Positions 24,932 through 38,612 of a DNA stretch of 64,000 nucleotides are shown one piece after another. A model generated the notes under the pieces. The model saw only the letters and a program-made list of their open reading frames with translations. It did no database searches and was not told the DNA's origin. The DNA is from Eledone cirrhosa (taxonomy: Eukaryota). Every line of letters starts with the position of its first letter. The first letter of the stretch is position 1. Position numbers and translations under genes: made by a program. The stretch lies in the NCBI GenBank assembly GCA_964016885.1, contig OZ024743.1:20770001-20834000 (forward strand), given 5' to 3'.

Positions 24932-27900
24932 CATCCTCTCACCTCTCCTTCTCCTCTCTCCCTCTTTCATACGTGTGTGTATGTGTGTGTTTATAATTTA
25001 TTTCATTAATGATTTAGATACTAAGTTTTCTGGAATGCTTGATTAAAATATAAAAATATTAAGTGACGAAAAAGAAAATAATATTCAAAAAGTATTACAA
25101 ATATATTATATAACATTACATTATGTAAGAAAGGATTATATTTACTTTTGATAGTTTTATTTCAAAATTGATTACTTGTAAAATATATCTATTCTTGGAG
25201 AACTGGATCTTTGTTCTAATTGCTTCAAGCACCTTTTAACTAGCTGAATGAAAAAGTTGGTTTCTATTTCTATTCCATACAATATTCAGCATTCAAATAT
25301 TTGCTTCTAAGTGAATGAACATTTAACTTTTAGACAATCAGTGATACCTTTGTAAATGACATCTCATTGTGATGTTTACAGACATTGAAATAATGATTCT
25401 TTTCATTGGAAGAACACTCTTTTCAATACAGGAGAGGTGGTATAATCACTTCATTTACCTACACTAATTCACATATATCAATTGCATTGATTCCTAAAAG
25501 GTTAAATGATAACTTCTACTACATAGAGAAATGTGATGTAGTAAGCTATATACTATCCAAAGTCTTCGCATTGCCTCAACTTTTGCACTAAAACTTTTAA
25601 ACAACATAGAACTGATTTCATCTCCCAAAGTTCAATCACTTAACATTTATCAAAGAAATTCAAATTAACTTTTATTATTTATTTACAAAAGATATATTCT
25701 TATCAGATTTAAAATCTATTGGAATAATAACTAAATTATGTTGATTAAATTGCTGGGTAATTATGAATATTTCCAACTTATTATATAATCATATGATTAA
25801 GATTTAATATTCACGAACATTCACCTTAAAACAGAAGAGACATTCTCTCTCTACCCACCTCTCCCTCTACTATATATGTGTGTGTAAAAATATAGATATG
25901 CATACCCATGTGCACACACATACACTCACACATATTAGAATTGACAAAAATATGATACGGTGTAAATTATATAAAAATAACAAAACTTTGTATGGTATTT
26001 TCATTTATATTTACATATACAAAATTATGTGTTTAATGTGAAAATAAATTTAAACTCATATTCATTCATAATTTAACACACAGGAAATGCTGTGTACATA
26101 TGTGTTTGCCTATGCATAATTTCAACTTTTAGATTTAGAGCAACTCATCTCTAGAATAAGAAAAGCCAACCGAAAACCAAATAGTTTCACCTAATATTAG
26201 CTAAATTACTATGTTACATACAAACCACTTTGCCAAATTATATTCCACTTGGAATTTGTGAAGTTCTTTTATGAAAGATGTTCACTGTAACCTTCAGTTG
26301 GATCCAAGAATCATGTGATTGTTAATACTAAAATATATATAGAAGAAATGCACAGACACACACTCATGAACAAATGCCAATTTAAATGATCCACCTCACT
26401 AAATTTGCTAAGAATCACTGTCTTCGTTAATCTTTATTATAAGCCTATTAACTTCAATGTTATTTAAATCTCACCAAAGAAACCACTTTGAGTAGATATA
26501 GGCTTGCTAAAAGCTCTAAGCATTTTTCCATGTGGCAGTCTATTTTACTACTTTCAGTAACTATAGGTTTGACAACAGCTCTAAAAGTATCCCAATGTGG
26601 AGTTCTGTTTCCATACCATTAATTTGTAGATGTGCCATTTGGGATAAAGTGTACTGACATAATCTATATAAAATTTCTTTTATTGAAATGTTTCATTTTA
26701 GTATGCCATCATGTACTATCTCCCTTCTCTCACCCATATCACTACTATAAGATACAGCTATTTTTATCACAATTCAAATTCAATTTTGGAACCAGATTCT
26801 CTCTCCCTCTCTCCCTCTCTCTCTTAGGATGGTAGACCTAATTCGTGGCTTGGTTTAACACTGCCTCCTCAGCCATACTTGCCGCTAGTGACGTTCACTC
26901 TGTTACAAGCATTCAGACCATATCCCAGGTTCCCTCCACACCTTTGTGTTTACTGTAGAAATTAATCCACAGATGTTCTGGCTGGACATCAGTCACATCA
27001 AACTCACCAGTCTATGGCCTGCATTGGTCATGAATATTTCCCCTCCTTCGACTAATATATAAAGAAAGCTTGAAAATCATTCCCCTCTCAGCTGTTATCA
27101 TATTACTTTAACTCTACAAATTGTAAAGAACCAGCTTAACTGATACAATTTTACCCAGCTTTTCCAATTTTCTGATCCAATGGACCAGCTTTTTTGAGTA
27201 ATGCTCTTCCATTTTGGATGCAACCAGAATCAAGATAAAGAAACATTTAGACTACTCAATATTTAAAAATTGTTACGTCTGCCTTTGACATGAAAACAGC
27301 AATGATCAACTGCAAAGTGTAAACAAAATGGTGTTTAAGTGGTGCCAAATGCACAATAACATATGGAAGAGGTGAGACAGGAGTTTCTGACAGTAATGTG
27401 CACCAAAGTTGTTTTGGTGTAAAAGTAATAAAGTAAAGCCTGAGATTTGTTCTCATTAACATCACATTTTCAAATGGCCCCCTTAAATATTCAAATTGCT
27501 TCCCTTTGGGCTGTGCACCCAACATAGGGAATCACTTATTTAGACTCTTCCATCCTATTTTAAATAATTACATGTTATATGCTGTATTGAATACTGAGGC
27601 AAGCAACCAGTTATAGATGATGAATGAGTTACTCTGCTGATTTGGTTTATTTTTATATCTGGTATCATAAGAGTATTTTTACTAAAATAAACATAAAACT
27701 AAAACAATCTATAGACAAAAGATATGTTTTTCTCAAAGTGTACCAGCTGAAATATATAACAGTAATACAAAGAAATCAACTTGGTCCTTTGGACTTGTCC
27801 TACATAAAGAAAATGTCATGATTATTGCTATTAGCATCATTGTTATCACCACAGCTATAATTATCACTATGACTACAATGTGGACTAACTTCTGCATTGG

Positions 27901-29856
27901 TCATATCAATAGTTTCCTGTCTTCTAACTTGCTGACAAGGTACATCATCCACAAAGGACATTACAATGACCTTCTCCAGAATATTGAATGGAGTAATTAA
28001 TATTCTGCTATTCTGTCCATCATCTTCATCATTTTTATGTCAACTTTTTCATGCTGGCATGGGTTGGCTGGATCTTTTTGCGGCAATATTTGACAGTTGA
28101 ATGCCTATCCTGACACCTACCCTTTTAGTTACTTCTCATGACACAAGAATAGTGTATCTATTCTAAAAACCAAATACACATGGCTCTTAATTCCAATGTG
28201 CTTCAGTTTCTTGTGTAGTGTTTCAGGAATTTTTTGTCAATGTTTCTATGGTATTAGAAACATGTTTTTTGGTCTAATTCCAGATACTTTTCAATTTTTG
28301 CATTCTTCCATCTTTTGCCTGCTACCATATGCCATAGAGAAGTCTATGTTGATATAACAATCACCACTTGGATTATACTTGGCTTCCATATTTCATTTAC
28401 TATGAGAAATTTCTAAAGTTTTGCAAGTCTCATTTCTAATAATAGCTTCCTGGTTATATAGGTTATAACTGTTCATCGACTTTGAAACCATATTTCTACA
28501 AAACTTCCCCCACCCACCCTTTCACATATTTTGTATAATCTTACTACATTTGTAAATTACAAATCTCTTACAACACTTTTGCAAAATTTTGTTTTGGTGT
28601 TGTTAAGTCTTTATTGGTAGGCATGCTAGTATGGAAAGTGGACGTTAAACAACGATGATGATGATGATGATGATGATTTCTTTTCATAAATGAGTATCAT
28701 AAAGCTTCCTGCTCTTCTTTGTAATCCTTCATGTTATGGATGTGCTCATTGCTCATTTTCCAGTAGATCTTTAGTTTTCCTGACAATTATTGCTGTTTAG
28801 TAAGGACAGTGATTATGATGTAGAAGGTACATCATGTTAGTGGAGATACATCATCATTTCTATCACCACTGACACTGCTGCTGCAACCACCACTACCACA
28901 TTTATTTTCCATGCTTGCATGGGGTAGAAAAGCTGTCTTGTTATGCAAGCGAACAGGTTAGGTGACTATATTTTGCTTACACTTTCTGTTTTGAGCTTTG
29001 TTTGCAGCCAAATCCCCCCAGATGCCACTCTACTTTATTAAATTATAATTGACATGTTAAACTATATAATTCCTGAAATACCAAAAGACAGTGTGCTCAT
29101 TACTGGAATATCTTAACCATAGGACTACTTCCATCAGGTATGTCTAGGGGTGAAACAACAATCACATTTATTTAAAGAGAAATATCATTGATTTAAATAG
29201 GTCAAACATTAGATTTAATGAAGCAATATTAGCTTTGATGAAGCAAAAGATTTTAGAAGGTGGTGAGCAGGATGTGTCAACACTCCCTAAACTGCTATTC
29301 TGTTCAAGGAAGTCCATAGCTGTCTGGTATTGCATCTCCCTTACCATCCTCCAGGTAAACGGCTTCTCCATTCTGTCCGTCGGGGCCATGGGGCGGCCAG
29401 CACGTGGGACCCCATTTGTTCATAATAGTGAGATATGCGGAAAGTGGGAGGGATGGAGGTGATGATAGTTGGAGTTCAGCTCCTCTGTGTTCGGACCTGG
29501 TGTCCAACAAATTGTAAAAAGCTTTAGAAAACATGTTAAAATTCTAAGTTAAAAGCTTCACTTCCAATTATAGTCATTCACTTTGTCAGAGCCTCTTATG
29601 TGGCTCATTTAAAACAACATGCTACAAATTCAATGATTAATCTGATATATAAATACTAGATACAACTATTTATGTCATTTTGAGAAAGAAACATGTCTTA
29701 AAATATTCAATTTTGTCCTATTCTGTGACAGTGTGGTTAGGATGAATTTATATTTACATTATATATATGTTGCTAGATATTATGGTATAGTCAGTATTAA
29801 TGAGATAAAAAAAATAAATACTAACAGACATAGATTTGGTAGCCTCCTTCTTATAC

Positions 29857-30020
29857 TGTTTGAGGCAAGCCAATGCACTGGCAGCATTATCACGGGTGAT
29901 GGCAAGACTAAGGCACTGGAACAACCAGGCACCCTTACAGGCATCACCTGACATCACGGATTTTGTTGTCAGAGCCCAGCTCCTCCAAATGTCTTGAATG
30001 CCTCGTGCTAGAAGAGATAG
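29857..30020. repeat. Unclassified dispersed repeat (second copy 59902-60085)
   Basis: Both begin TGTTTGAGGCAAGCCAAT and share GGCATCACC and CAAATGTCTT.AATGC in register. Confidence 0.65.
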
Positions 30021-30830
30021 TTTGTCAATAATTTCATAAGGTTAGTGTTACAACCAATTATCAAGTGTTCCAGCTATGAATATTTGGAATTTTTAATGAA
30101 ATACACTGCCTGTTTATTTCAAATAATTTTGAAAATAACCAAGAATTTAGATCAGTTTAGTAAACATGTAACTTTGTAATGGGAATTTGGAACATAACAA
30201 AAGATTCTTCCATAAAATTATGATGAAAGCTTTTGATTTAAATATAAACATATGATAAATGGTTTCTGTTTAAATATAAACATAAAATGAATGATTCTTA
30301 TTGAAATATAAACAATTTAAAGTGAGAGGTTTTATTTCATAGAATTATGGTGGTCTAAGGAAGGTTTGTACTAACAGGGTTAAATATGTAGTTCAACTGA
30401 TAAAGATTGATTCTCCTAGTTAATAGTTTCCTTGTGACTAATGGAGATTCTACATTGAATTTTCTACATGATCTTACATATAGTTACTTAATTCTGAGCA
30501 GTGACCATAAAGCAGACAGCATTTGATTTGAAAGTAAAGATTCTAATCTGGGTCATATTCACTGTCTGGTAGATTTATTACTAAAGTCTAGACAGAGGAC
30601 ATTGACTATGAATATATTTGTTCTACTTTGTTTCATGGTTATGTTCCTTACACATTATTTCGTCATTCGTTTTAACACTTTTTCTATTTCTATTTGCCTG
30701 TTATTAACATCTGACCATCCACTTTTACCAGCTTTATATATATATATATATATACATCATGTCTATAGGTCATATACTTGTGTTGTTTGTATGTTCCCTG
30801 ACAAATTCATCGAGTTTTTTCTGTGTTCTG

Positions 30831-30995
30831 TTAACCCTTTCATTACCATATTTCTAATGAAATACATTCTATTCTGATAAATTAATGATAAATTTTAAAT
30901 GATTTATCTGCATGCTATTTTTATATAGTTCATAAGTAAAATTATGATGGATGATCTTAATTTAAATAGAACCAGTTTTAATATGAAATGGTTAA
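30831..30995. mobile_element. TTAA-flanked MITE (piggyBac-like)
   Basis: TTAA-CCCTTTCAT ... ATGAAATGG-TTAA; related right ends GGGTTAA near 30383 and 56794. Confidence 0.5.
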
Positions 30996-31224
30996 TAATC
31001 CTACTACAGTTAATTAAGAATAGTTTGCTGTTCAGATTTAGTTTATTATATATATTTTACTTCACTTAATTTTCAATTATTATTATGTGATAATTATAAT
31101 AAATTACTACAGTGTCTAATTACTATCGCCTCTCCTCTTTAAATTTAGTCTTTAGAATTAATAACATATTCTTCTTAACAGATTCATTAGAGTTTTCGAT
31201 AAACCTCCATCTGATATGTGTTCC

Positions 31225-31382
31225 AGTTCTTCAAGTTCTGAGTTCAAATCCCACCAAGCTCAACTTTGCCTTTCATCATTCCAGGGTTGATAAAATAAAG
31301 TCCCAATGAAGCACTGGGTTTGATTTAATCACTTTCCTCTCCCCTCAAATTGCTGGCCTTGTGCCTAAATCAGAAACAATTA
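31225..31382 (+). mobile_element. SINE family 1, older subfamily, truncated
   Basis: B box and central domain, ends AGAAACAATT. Confidence 0.8.
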
Positions 31383-31391
31383 TATATAATA

Positions 31392-31620
31392 TGCTCCAGT
31401 TATCTCAGCTGTAGAAATGAGATGATAGGGACTGGGGTCCATATCATTCCACTGCAAAGTGGTCGTGGAGGTGCCACGGCAAAAACGCACCCAGCACTCA
31501 CTGTAAATGAGGTTGGTGTTAGGAAGGGCATCCAACTGTAGAAATCAAGCCCGAATCAGTCCCTGTCCCACCCTTGCAAGCAGGGAAAAGCGGACGTAAA
31601 AATGATGATGATGATGATGT
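31392..31620 (+). mobile_element. SINE family 2, 5'-truncated
   Basis: Matches 3858-4130; (ATG)n tail; TA runs on both sides. Confidence 0.85.
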
Positions 31621-33059
31621 ATATATGTGAAAGTGTTCTGTTAACTATTTTCATCATCCCTATTCATTGGTTTATTTCTACATAGATTTTTTAGGTCTGT
31701 CCTAATTTTGCATATATGTTGTTTTATATTTCTGTTTTACATGGCGTACTTTAGAAATATATATGCTACCTTTATTTAGACATCAATACAAAGTTTTTAG
31801 TCTACATTCAATTGTTGTTTAATCCCAGGCTGGTCCTGATTAAGCATACCTATAATCAGAGACATGTCAGCCATAACCCTCACCTCATTAATGGCTATGA
31901 TTAGAATGGAATGTCTTTGATCATAGCTGTACATTATCATATATGCTCTTTTTAAGAGAGTGGAGCTAGGTTTGCAGTAGATTTAACTGCTATTTCTAGA
32001 ATGTCAGAAAACTATGTAGAGACTCCTCTGTTGGTTGATATATTAGATAGACTTCATTTGGGTTTCCACATGTCTGTCATTCCTAATTTATATATTTAAG
32101 TTATCATAAAAGATAATTTAATGACTAATTTTGTTGCCAAGTGTATTTTCTCCCAGTCATATTCAGTTAAATTAACTGTTAAATGTAAGGAAGAGTAGGA
32201 CACTTTCTTAAAATATTATTTATTAAACAGTCTAGGTTTTCTTCTTCCATCTTTTTTTCCTTTAAAACTACAAAGTTCTGTGTTCTCTGTTCTTTAAGCA
32301 GACTGTTAGAATTTTCATGGACAACTATTTTTCTTAAGTTTTATAATAATGATCCGAGTTAGTTTTTGTATATGTTAAAGAGCCTTATTTCAACTAGAAT
32401 TGTGATTCTTTGCCTGAAAACTTTTGTAAATTTCTTTCTTATACATCTGGATTTTCTTTTTTTTCTGTGAATATTTCTGTTTCAATTGTAAATTGCATGT
32501 TATGGAAAAAGCATCCATATATTTGCCCAGTCGTTCTTTATATTTTTCTTTGTATGTTGTTGTTGATGTTGATGCTGTTGCTGTTGTTGTCTTCATCACC
32601 ATCATCACCACACTAACACGATTATTGTCTTCCTCATCATCATCATGACTATGCCACCACCACCATCATCATCTTCTGCTTTACAATCCATATCTTAACT
32701 CAGCTATATCTACCTTTGGAATGTTAGCTCATATTTACATTCTGGGAATATTCAGGTATTTTTATGGTATTGATTATATATAATATCATTTTGATGTTTT
32801 GTACATGCTGGAATTCTCAGTTTCAATATTGCCTGTATGTGTATAAATCATTATTTATATGTTTATCTATATTATTCGTACACCACTCACATGATCCTAA
32901 TATCTGAATTCCTGTTTGCAATTACATGCATTCCAGATATCTATTTTCATTCTTTATATTGGAAAAGTTTCCAATTTTTTAAATATATAATTTTATTCTA
33001 TTTTATGGAATGTGATCTATCTTTTAAAGATATAATTTGATATTTTATAGATATTTTGG

Positions 33060-34005
33060 CTAGTATTTGCAGACTTGGCAGAGCATCAAACAAAATGTCT
33101 TCTGTATTTATGTCCTTTTGCATTCATGTTCAAATCCTCCTGAAATCAACTATATCTTGCATCCTTCTGTGGTTGATGAAATAAGACACCAGTCAAGTAC
33201 TGGAGTTGGTTTAATTGACTTTCTCCTTCTCTCCAAATTGTTGGCCATGTGTCTAATTCAGAATCTATTTTTATTGATATTATTATTACTTAGATTGGCA
33301 GTATCGGTAGAGGGTGGGACGCCATGCTTTGACGCATAGAGTTACGGCCCTTGCCATTCTGAGTTCAAATCCCGCCGAGGTTAACTTTGCCTTTCATCCT
33401 TACGAGGTCGATAAAATAAAGTACCAGTAATGCACTGGGTAATTGCTGGCCTTGTGCCAATAGTAGAAACAATTATTACTTTGATATCTCAGCGATTGTT
33501 ATTATTAAACCAGAAAATTTGCCCTAATGAACATGAAGCTGCTACCTGCAGCCTCAGATATTCTGTATGTATCAGAGTAGCATCGGACAACATGCTTTAT
33601 AGCATAGAGTTATGGCCCTTTACGTTCTGAGTTCAAATCCTGCTATGTTAGCTTTGCCTTTCATCCTTACGGGGGTCAATAAAATAAAGCACCAGTAATG
33701 CACTGGGGATCGATTTAATCAATTTCCCCTCCCCAAATATTGCTGGCCTTGCACCTATAGTAGAAATGATTATTATTATTATTATTGCAGCATACAGTTA
33801 TGGCCCTTTATGTTTTGAATTCAAATCCCGCTGTGGTTAGCTTTAGCTATCATCCCTACAGGGTCAATCAAATAAAGTATCCTGTAAGGATGAAAGGCAA
33901 AGCCAACCTCGGTGGAATTAGAACCCAGAATGTAAAGGGACATAACTCTATGTTGCAAAGCATGTTGTCCAATGCTCTACCAATACTGCAAATCCACCAC
34001 CCTAA
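33060..34005. mobile_element. Cluster of five SINE family 1 copies (four +, last - fused near 33880)
   Basis: Copies approx. 33060-33275, 33292-33478, 33575-33785, 33786-33880 (+) and 33880-34005 (-). Confidence 0.85.
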
Positions 34006-34291
34006 TTTGATAATAATATATAACCCAAGATCATGTAATAACTACTTTGTGATAAATTTGTTTGGGAAGTGGTAATTTGAGAATGTATGTACTGCAATAT
34101 CTTCTTTCCCACCTCCCTCTGATACACATGCTTGTGCAGTGAACTCCTTCACTACATGACCATGCTTGCACATAAAAGATTGATTCACTAAAAATATTCT
34201 TATGGTTGAAATTTTTCAACAAATTACTTTGCTCCCAAATGATAAAGTGTCATATGTAATTATGTATATATATATATATATATATATATAG

Positions 34292-34336
<45 letters not shown>

Positions 34337-34339
<3 letters not shown>

Positions 34340-35166
34340 GAATAATCGAGTATCGAAAAATCGGCGCACGAGTTCACGATAAACAAAATTCGAGATGAGC
34401 GGCAGAGGGCTCTATAATTCAAATAAATCAGAGCTATAACTATCGTTAAAATACCGTCACACGTAGAATATGTCTACAATCAACCAAACAACCGAAAAAT
34501 TGCGATATGGAAGATTCGGGACACTCAGATAAATTATCAATGAATCAATAAATCAAATGAATGTAAAAAGCATACCCGGACCCACTAGAGAGATGGTATA
34601 TCTATCTTCTTGGGTTTCTGTAAATCCTTAAACCGTCCTCTATCAGCTCACATAAACATATAAGACTTACAAACGACGGGGGACTGGAGTTACTTCTTCA
34701 ACGAGCTTTAGTCCGAACGGATGAAAAGACAAGACCCAGGCTGAAAATACGCACATGGATTTCAGCAAGGGAGATAACCTTTATATCCGCAAAAAATATT
34801 CGGGAAAATGTGGAATAACACATATCGAATAAGAGTGCTCAATAGATATGTTAAAATAAACAGGAGCTATTCATCATTTAATAGAATCGACAAAAAATGA
34901 ACAATAAAATTAACTGGTCAATAGCTAGGTCTAGAGCTAAATATAGTAGAATAATCGAGTATCGAAAAATCGGCGCACGAGTTCACGATAAACAAAATTC
35001 GAGATGAGCGGCAGAGGGCTCTATAATTCAAATAAATCAGAGCTATAACTATCGTTAAAATACCGTCACACGTAGAATATGTCTACAATCAACCAAACAA
35101 CCGAAAAATTGCGATATGGAAGATTCGGGACACTCCGATAAATTATCAATGAATCAATAAATCAAA

Positions 35167-35171
<5 letters not shown>
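34337..35171 (-). mobile_element. Retrozyme-like non-coding element: 609-bp unit with 226-bp terminal direct repeat, inserted in (TA)n
   Basis: 34337-34562 equals 34946-35171 except A34527/C35136; long (TA)n on both sides; CpG-rich; no ORF; internal hammerhead motif. Confidence 0.75.
34574..34706 (-). ncRNA. Type I hammerhead ribozyme motif (C3U variant, extended stems II and III)
   Basis: Minus strand: GCTCG-TTGAAGA-A-GTAACTCC...GGATTTAC-A-GAAAC-CCA...TGG-GTC-CGGGT. Confidence 0.6.
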
Positions 35172-35225
<54 letters not shown>

Positions 35226-35228
<3 letters not shown>

Positions 35229-35913
35229 TGTACAGGGAAATTAGACAGTAGAAGTCGCATTGATAGACACATTTTTCAAATGCAGGCGGGTGGATAGCTT
35301 CCGGTACCTAGGAGATCAGATTAGCATGGGAGGGGGGTGTTCCGAGGCCATAGTATCTAGAATAAGGATGGGTTGGAAGAAGTTTAGGGAGCTGCTTCCT
35401 CTGCTGACGAAGAAGGGTTTCTCCCTGCGTACGAAAGGCCGGTTATATGATGCCTGTGTGAGGAGCGCGATGTTGCATGGTAGTGAGACATGGGCAGCAA
35501 CAGCAGAGGATATGCGACAACTGGAGAGAAATGAGGTAAGCATGCTCCGTTGGATGTGCAGTGTCAATGTGCGTGAATGACCCAGCATGAATGTGTTGAG
35601 AGAGAAACTGTGTCTGAGAGGGATAGAATGTAGTGTACGGGAGAGGAGACTGAGGTGGTATGGACATGTGATGCACATAGAGGATGGCCGATGGGCGAAG
35701 AAGTGCCAGGACATGCCAGTTGAAGGAAGACGTGGTAGAGGTAGACCATGAAAAATATGAGCGGAGGTGGTGAGAACAGACCTCAGATCGCTGAAGCTCA
35801 CGGTGGAGATGACGAAGGACCGTGACGAGTGGAGAGATGCTGTGCTGAATAAGACCCATCCCACCCTTGCAAGCAGGGAAGAGCGGACGTAAAATGATGA
35901 TGATGATGATGAT
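35226..35913 (+). mobile_element. RTE LINE family B, 3' fragment with stops
   Basis: Highly similar to 8446-9150; FRYLGD, MLHGSETW; (ATG)n tail then (TA)n. Confidence 0.95.
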
Positions 35914-36019
35914 ATATATATAAACCCCATTTTTGATGGGTATACTAGTTCTTATATTGATAATAATATTAACAACACTACTGTTGTTGCTGCTGCTACT
36001 ACTAATAATAATGATGATA

Positions 36020-36605
36020 ATAATAATAATTGTTTCTACTTTAGGCACAAGGCTAGTAATTATCCAGTGCATTACTGGTACTTTATTTTATCGACCCAGT
36101 AAGGATGAAAGGCAAAGTCAACCTCGGCGGGATTTGAACTCAGAATGGCAAGGGCCGTAACTCAATGCGTCAAAGCATGGCGTCCGACCCTCTACCGATA
36201 CTGCCAATCCACCGCCCTTAATAATAATAATTGTTTCTACTTTAGGCACAAGGCCAGCAATTACCCAGTGCATCACTGGTACTTTATTTTATCGACCCCG
36301 TAAGGATGAAAGGCAAAGTCAACCTCGGCGGGATTTGAACTCAGATCGTAAAGGGACGTAACTATGCTGGAAAGCATAATAATAATGGTTTCTAATTTAG
36401 GCACAAGGCCTACAATTCTAGAGGGAGCAAAAAGTTGACCAAATCAACTCCAGTACATTACTGATACTTTATTTTATCGGTACCACAAGGATGAAAGGCA
36501 AAGCTAACCCTGGCGCGATTTGAACTCAGAACATAAAGGGCCATAACCCTATACCATGAAGCAGGGTGTCTGATGCTCTACCAATACTGCCAATCTATTT
36601 CCCCA
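36020..36605 (-). mobile_element. Three tandem SINE family 1 copies
   Basis: Approx. 36020-36215, 36220-36375 and 36380-36605, each starting at an (AAT)n run. Confidence 0.9.
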
Positions 36606-36678
36606 TAATAAGAATAATGATAATATTAATGATTTCTATATTTACTGTTAAGGCCCATACATAGAAAACTAAACACAT

Positions 36679-38612
36679 TATCATCATCATCATCTTCGTT
36701 TATCGTCCATTTTCCATGCTAGCATGGGTTAGACGGGAGTTGTCCCACTTGAGGTAAGGTTGGTCAGGTAATCGTGTCTCGCTCACATAGGACTATCTGG
36801 TGGGTTTTCTACGGCTGGATGCTCTTCCTAACACCAATCACATTTACAGTGTGGAACTGGGAACTTTTTACCGTGTTACCTACATGGCCACATTGCAGCT
36901 GGACTGTGTGTTTTTTTCTTGTGACACCTACATGATCTCGATCTCATTAACTCATTTATTTGGACTGGATGTTGTGGTACTAACTTTACAGAGAGAGGGT
37001 AGTGTTGGTGGGAGGATAGGGTAGGGATAGTGGATTGGGTGTATATTTGGTTAAGAGGTGCCTACTGACTGTAGGTTTCGCTTTGTACATATGCAAGGCG
37101 GGTCTGCTGTATCGCTGGGTAGCGCCAAAAATCTCGGTCCAGTGACATTATCTTAGGGAGGTGCAAGTGTGTAAGGTCGGAATTTATCAGATCGTCCCAG
37201 GTTTTTCTGGGACTACCTACTCCGTAACTACCATCAATTTTGATCGCCCTGCACTTTTTTATACAGCTGTCGTCTTTCATGCGCATCACGTGACCATTCC
37301 AACGTAGTCTTCTCTCAAGTAAACAGCATCTGATCCGTCTTATTCCTAATTTCTAACTTAGTTCATTTATGCTTTGCCGTTCACGTATATTCCTATTACA
37401 CATCCAACGGAGCATGCATACTTCGTTCCCTTCCAGTCTGCGCAGGTCCTCTGCACGCAATGCCCATGTCTCACTGCCATGTAGCATTGTTGTTCGTATA
37501 CAAGCATCATACAATCTGCCTTTCATTTTTAGAGAGAAACCTTTTGTGGCCAACAGCGGCATTAGCTCTCTGAACTTTTTCCATCCCGTTCTGACTCTGG
37601 CTACTGTACTTTCAGAACACCCTCCACCACTGCTGATTTTGTCACCCTGGTAACGGAAAGTGTCTACTATTTCTATAGAACCATCTGGGCAATAGAAGGG
37701 GCTAGTATCCTGTGGTCACTTACTACATATTGCACCTGAGCATCAGCCACATATAAAGTCTACGTTCTTAGATAGTTTACCTGTGACCCCACTACATCTT
37801 TTATGTACCCATACTTTGCATTTGGGACATAAAATTGAATTTCTGCCTACTCCTTTCCTACACACTGAGCATGGCCATTTCCCTGAGAGTACCTGTGCCT
37901 TATTTTCCTTTCTACAAACTAGGACTTTAGTCTTAGACAAGTTAACTTTAAGGCCTTTTGATTATAGGCCATGCTTCCATGTTTGGAATTTCTTCTCTAG
38001 TTCAGCCATTGATTCAGCTATGAGCGTTAGATCATCTGCGTATAGGAGTTCCCAAGAGCAGCCGGTCTTGAACTCCTCTGTTATAGCCTGAAGGGCAATA
38101 ATAAATAGGAGGGGGCTAAGGACAGAGCCTTGGTGAGCACCAACTTTTACACTAAATTCTTCACAATATTCATTGTTAATTCTAACCTTACTGACTGTTT
38201 CATTATACATAGCTTGTATAGCTCTCACAAGCCATTCATCTACACCTAGTTTTCTAAGAGCCCACCAGATAATGGAGCAGGGGACTCTGTCAAAGGCTTT
38301 CTCCAGGTCTACAAAAGCTAAGTAGAGGAGTTTACTTTTAGCTAGCTACTTCTCTTGTAGTTGTCGTACAAGGAAAAGAGCTTTTCTGGTACTTTTACCT
38401 GACACAAACCGAAACTGCATTTCATCTAGATCAATTCGCTCTCTGATTAGTTGCGCTATAACTTTTTCTGTGACCTTCATGACCTGGTCAACTAACTTAA
38501 TGCCTCTATAGTTTCCTCTATCTAGAACATCTCCTTTACCCTTGTTGCAGTTAATGATGATGCTGCTACACCAGTCTTTTGGTATGACCCCATTCTGTAT
38601 TACTTGGTTACA
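36679..38612 (-). mobile_element. RTE LINE (family A relative), 5'-truncated, with 3' UTR module
   Basis: NYRGIKL, GAHQGSVLSPLLF, ELLYADDL, WPCSVCRKGVGRNSILCPKCKVWVHKRC, MLHGSETW; tail at 36679. Confidence 0.95.

Noticed and set aside
34337-35171. Interpretation as TRIM/LTR element or CRISPR-like array
   Set aside because: Repeats lack TG..CA ends, PBS and PPT; only two long repeats, no spacer array; eukaryotic context
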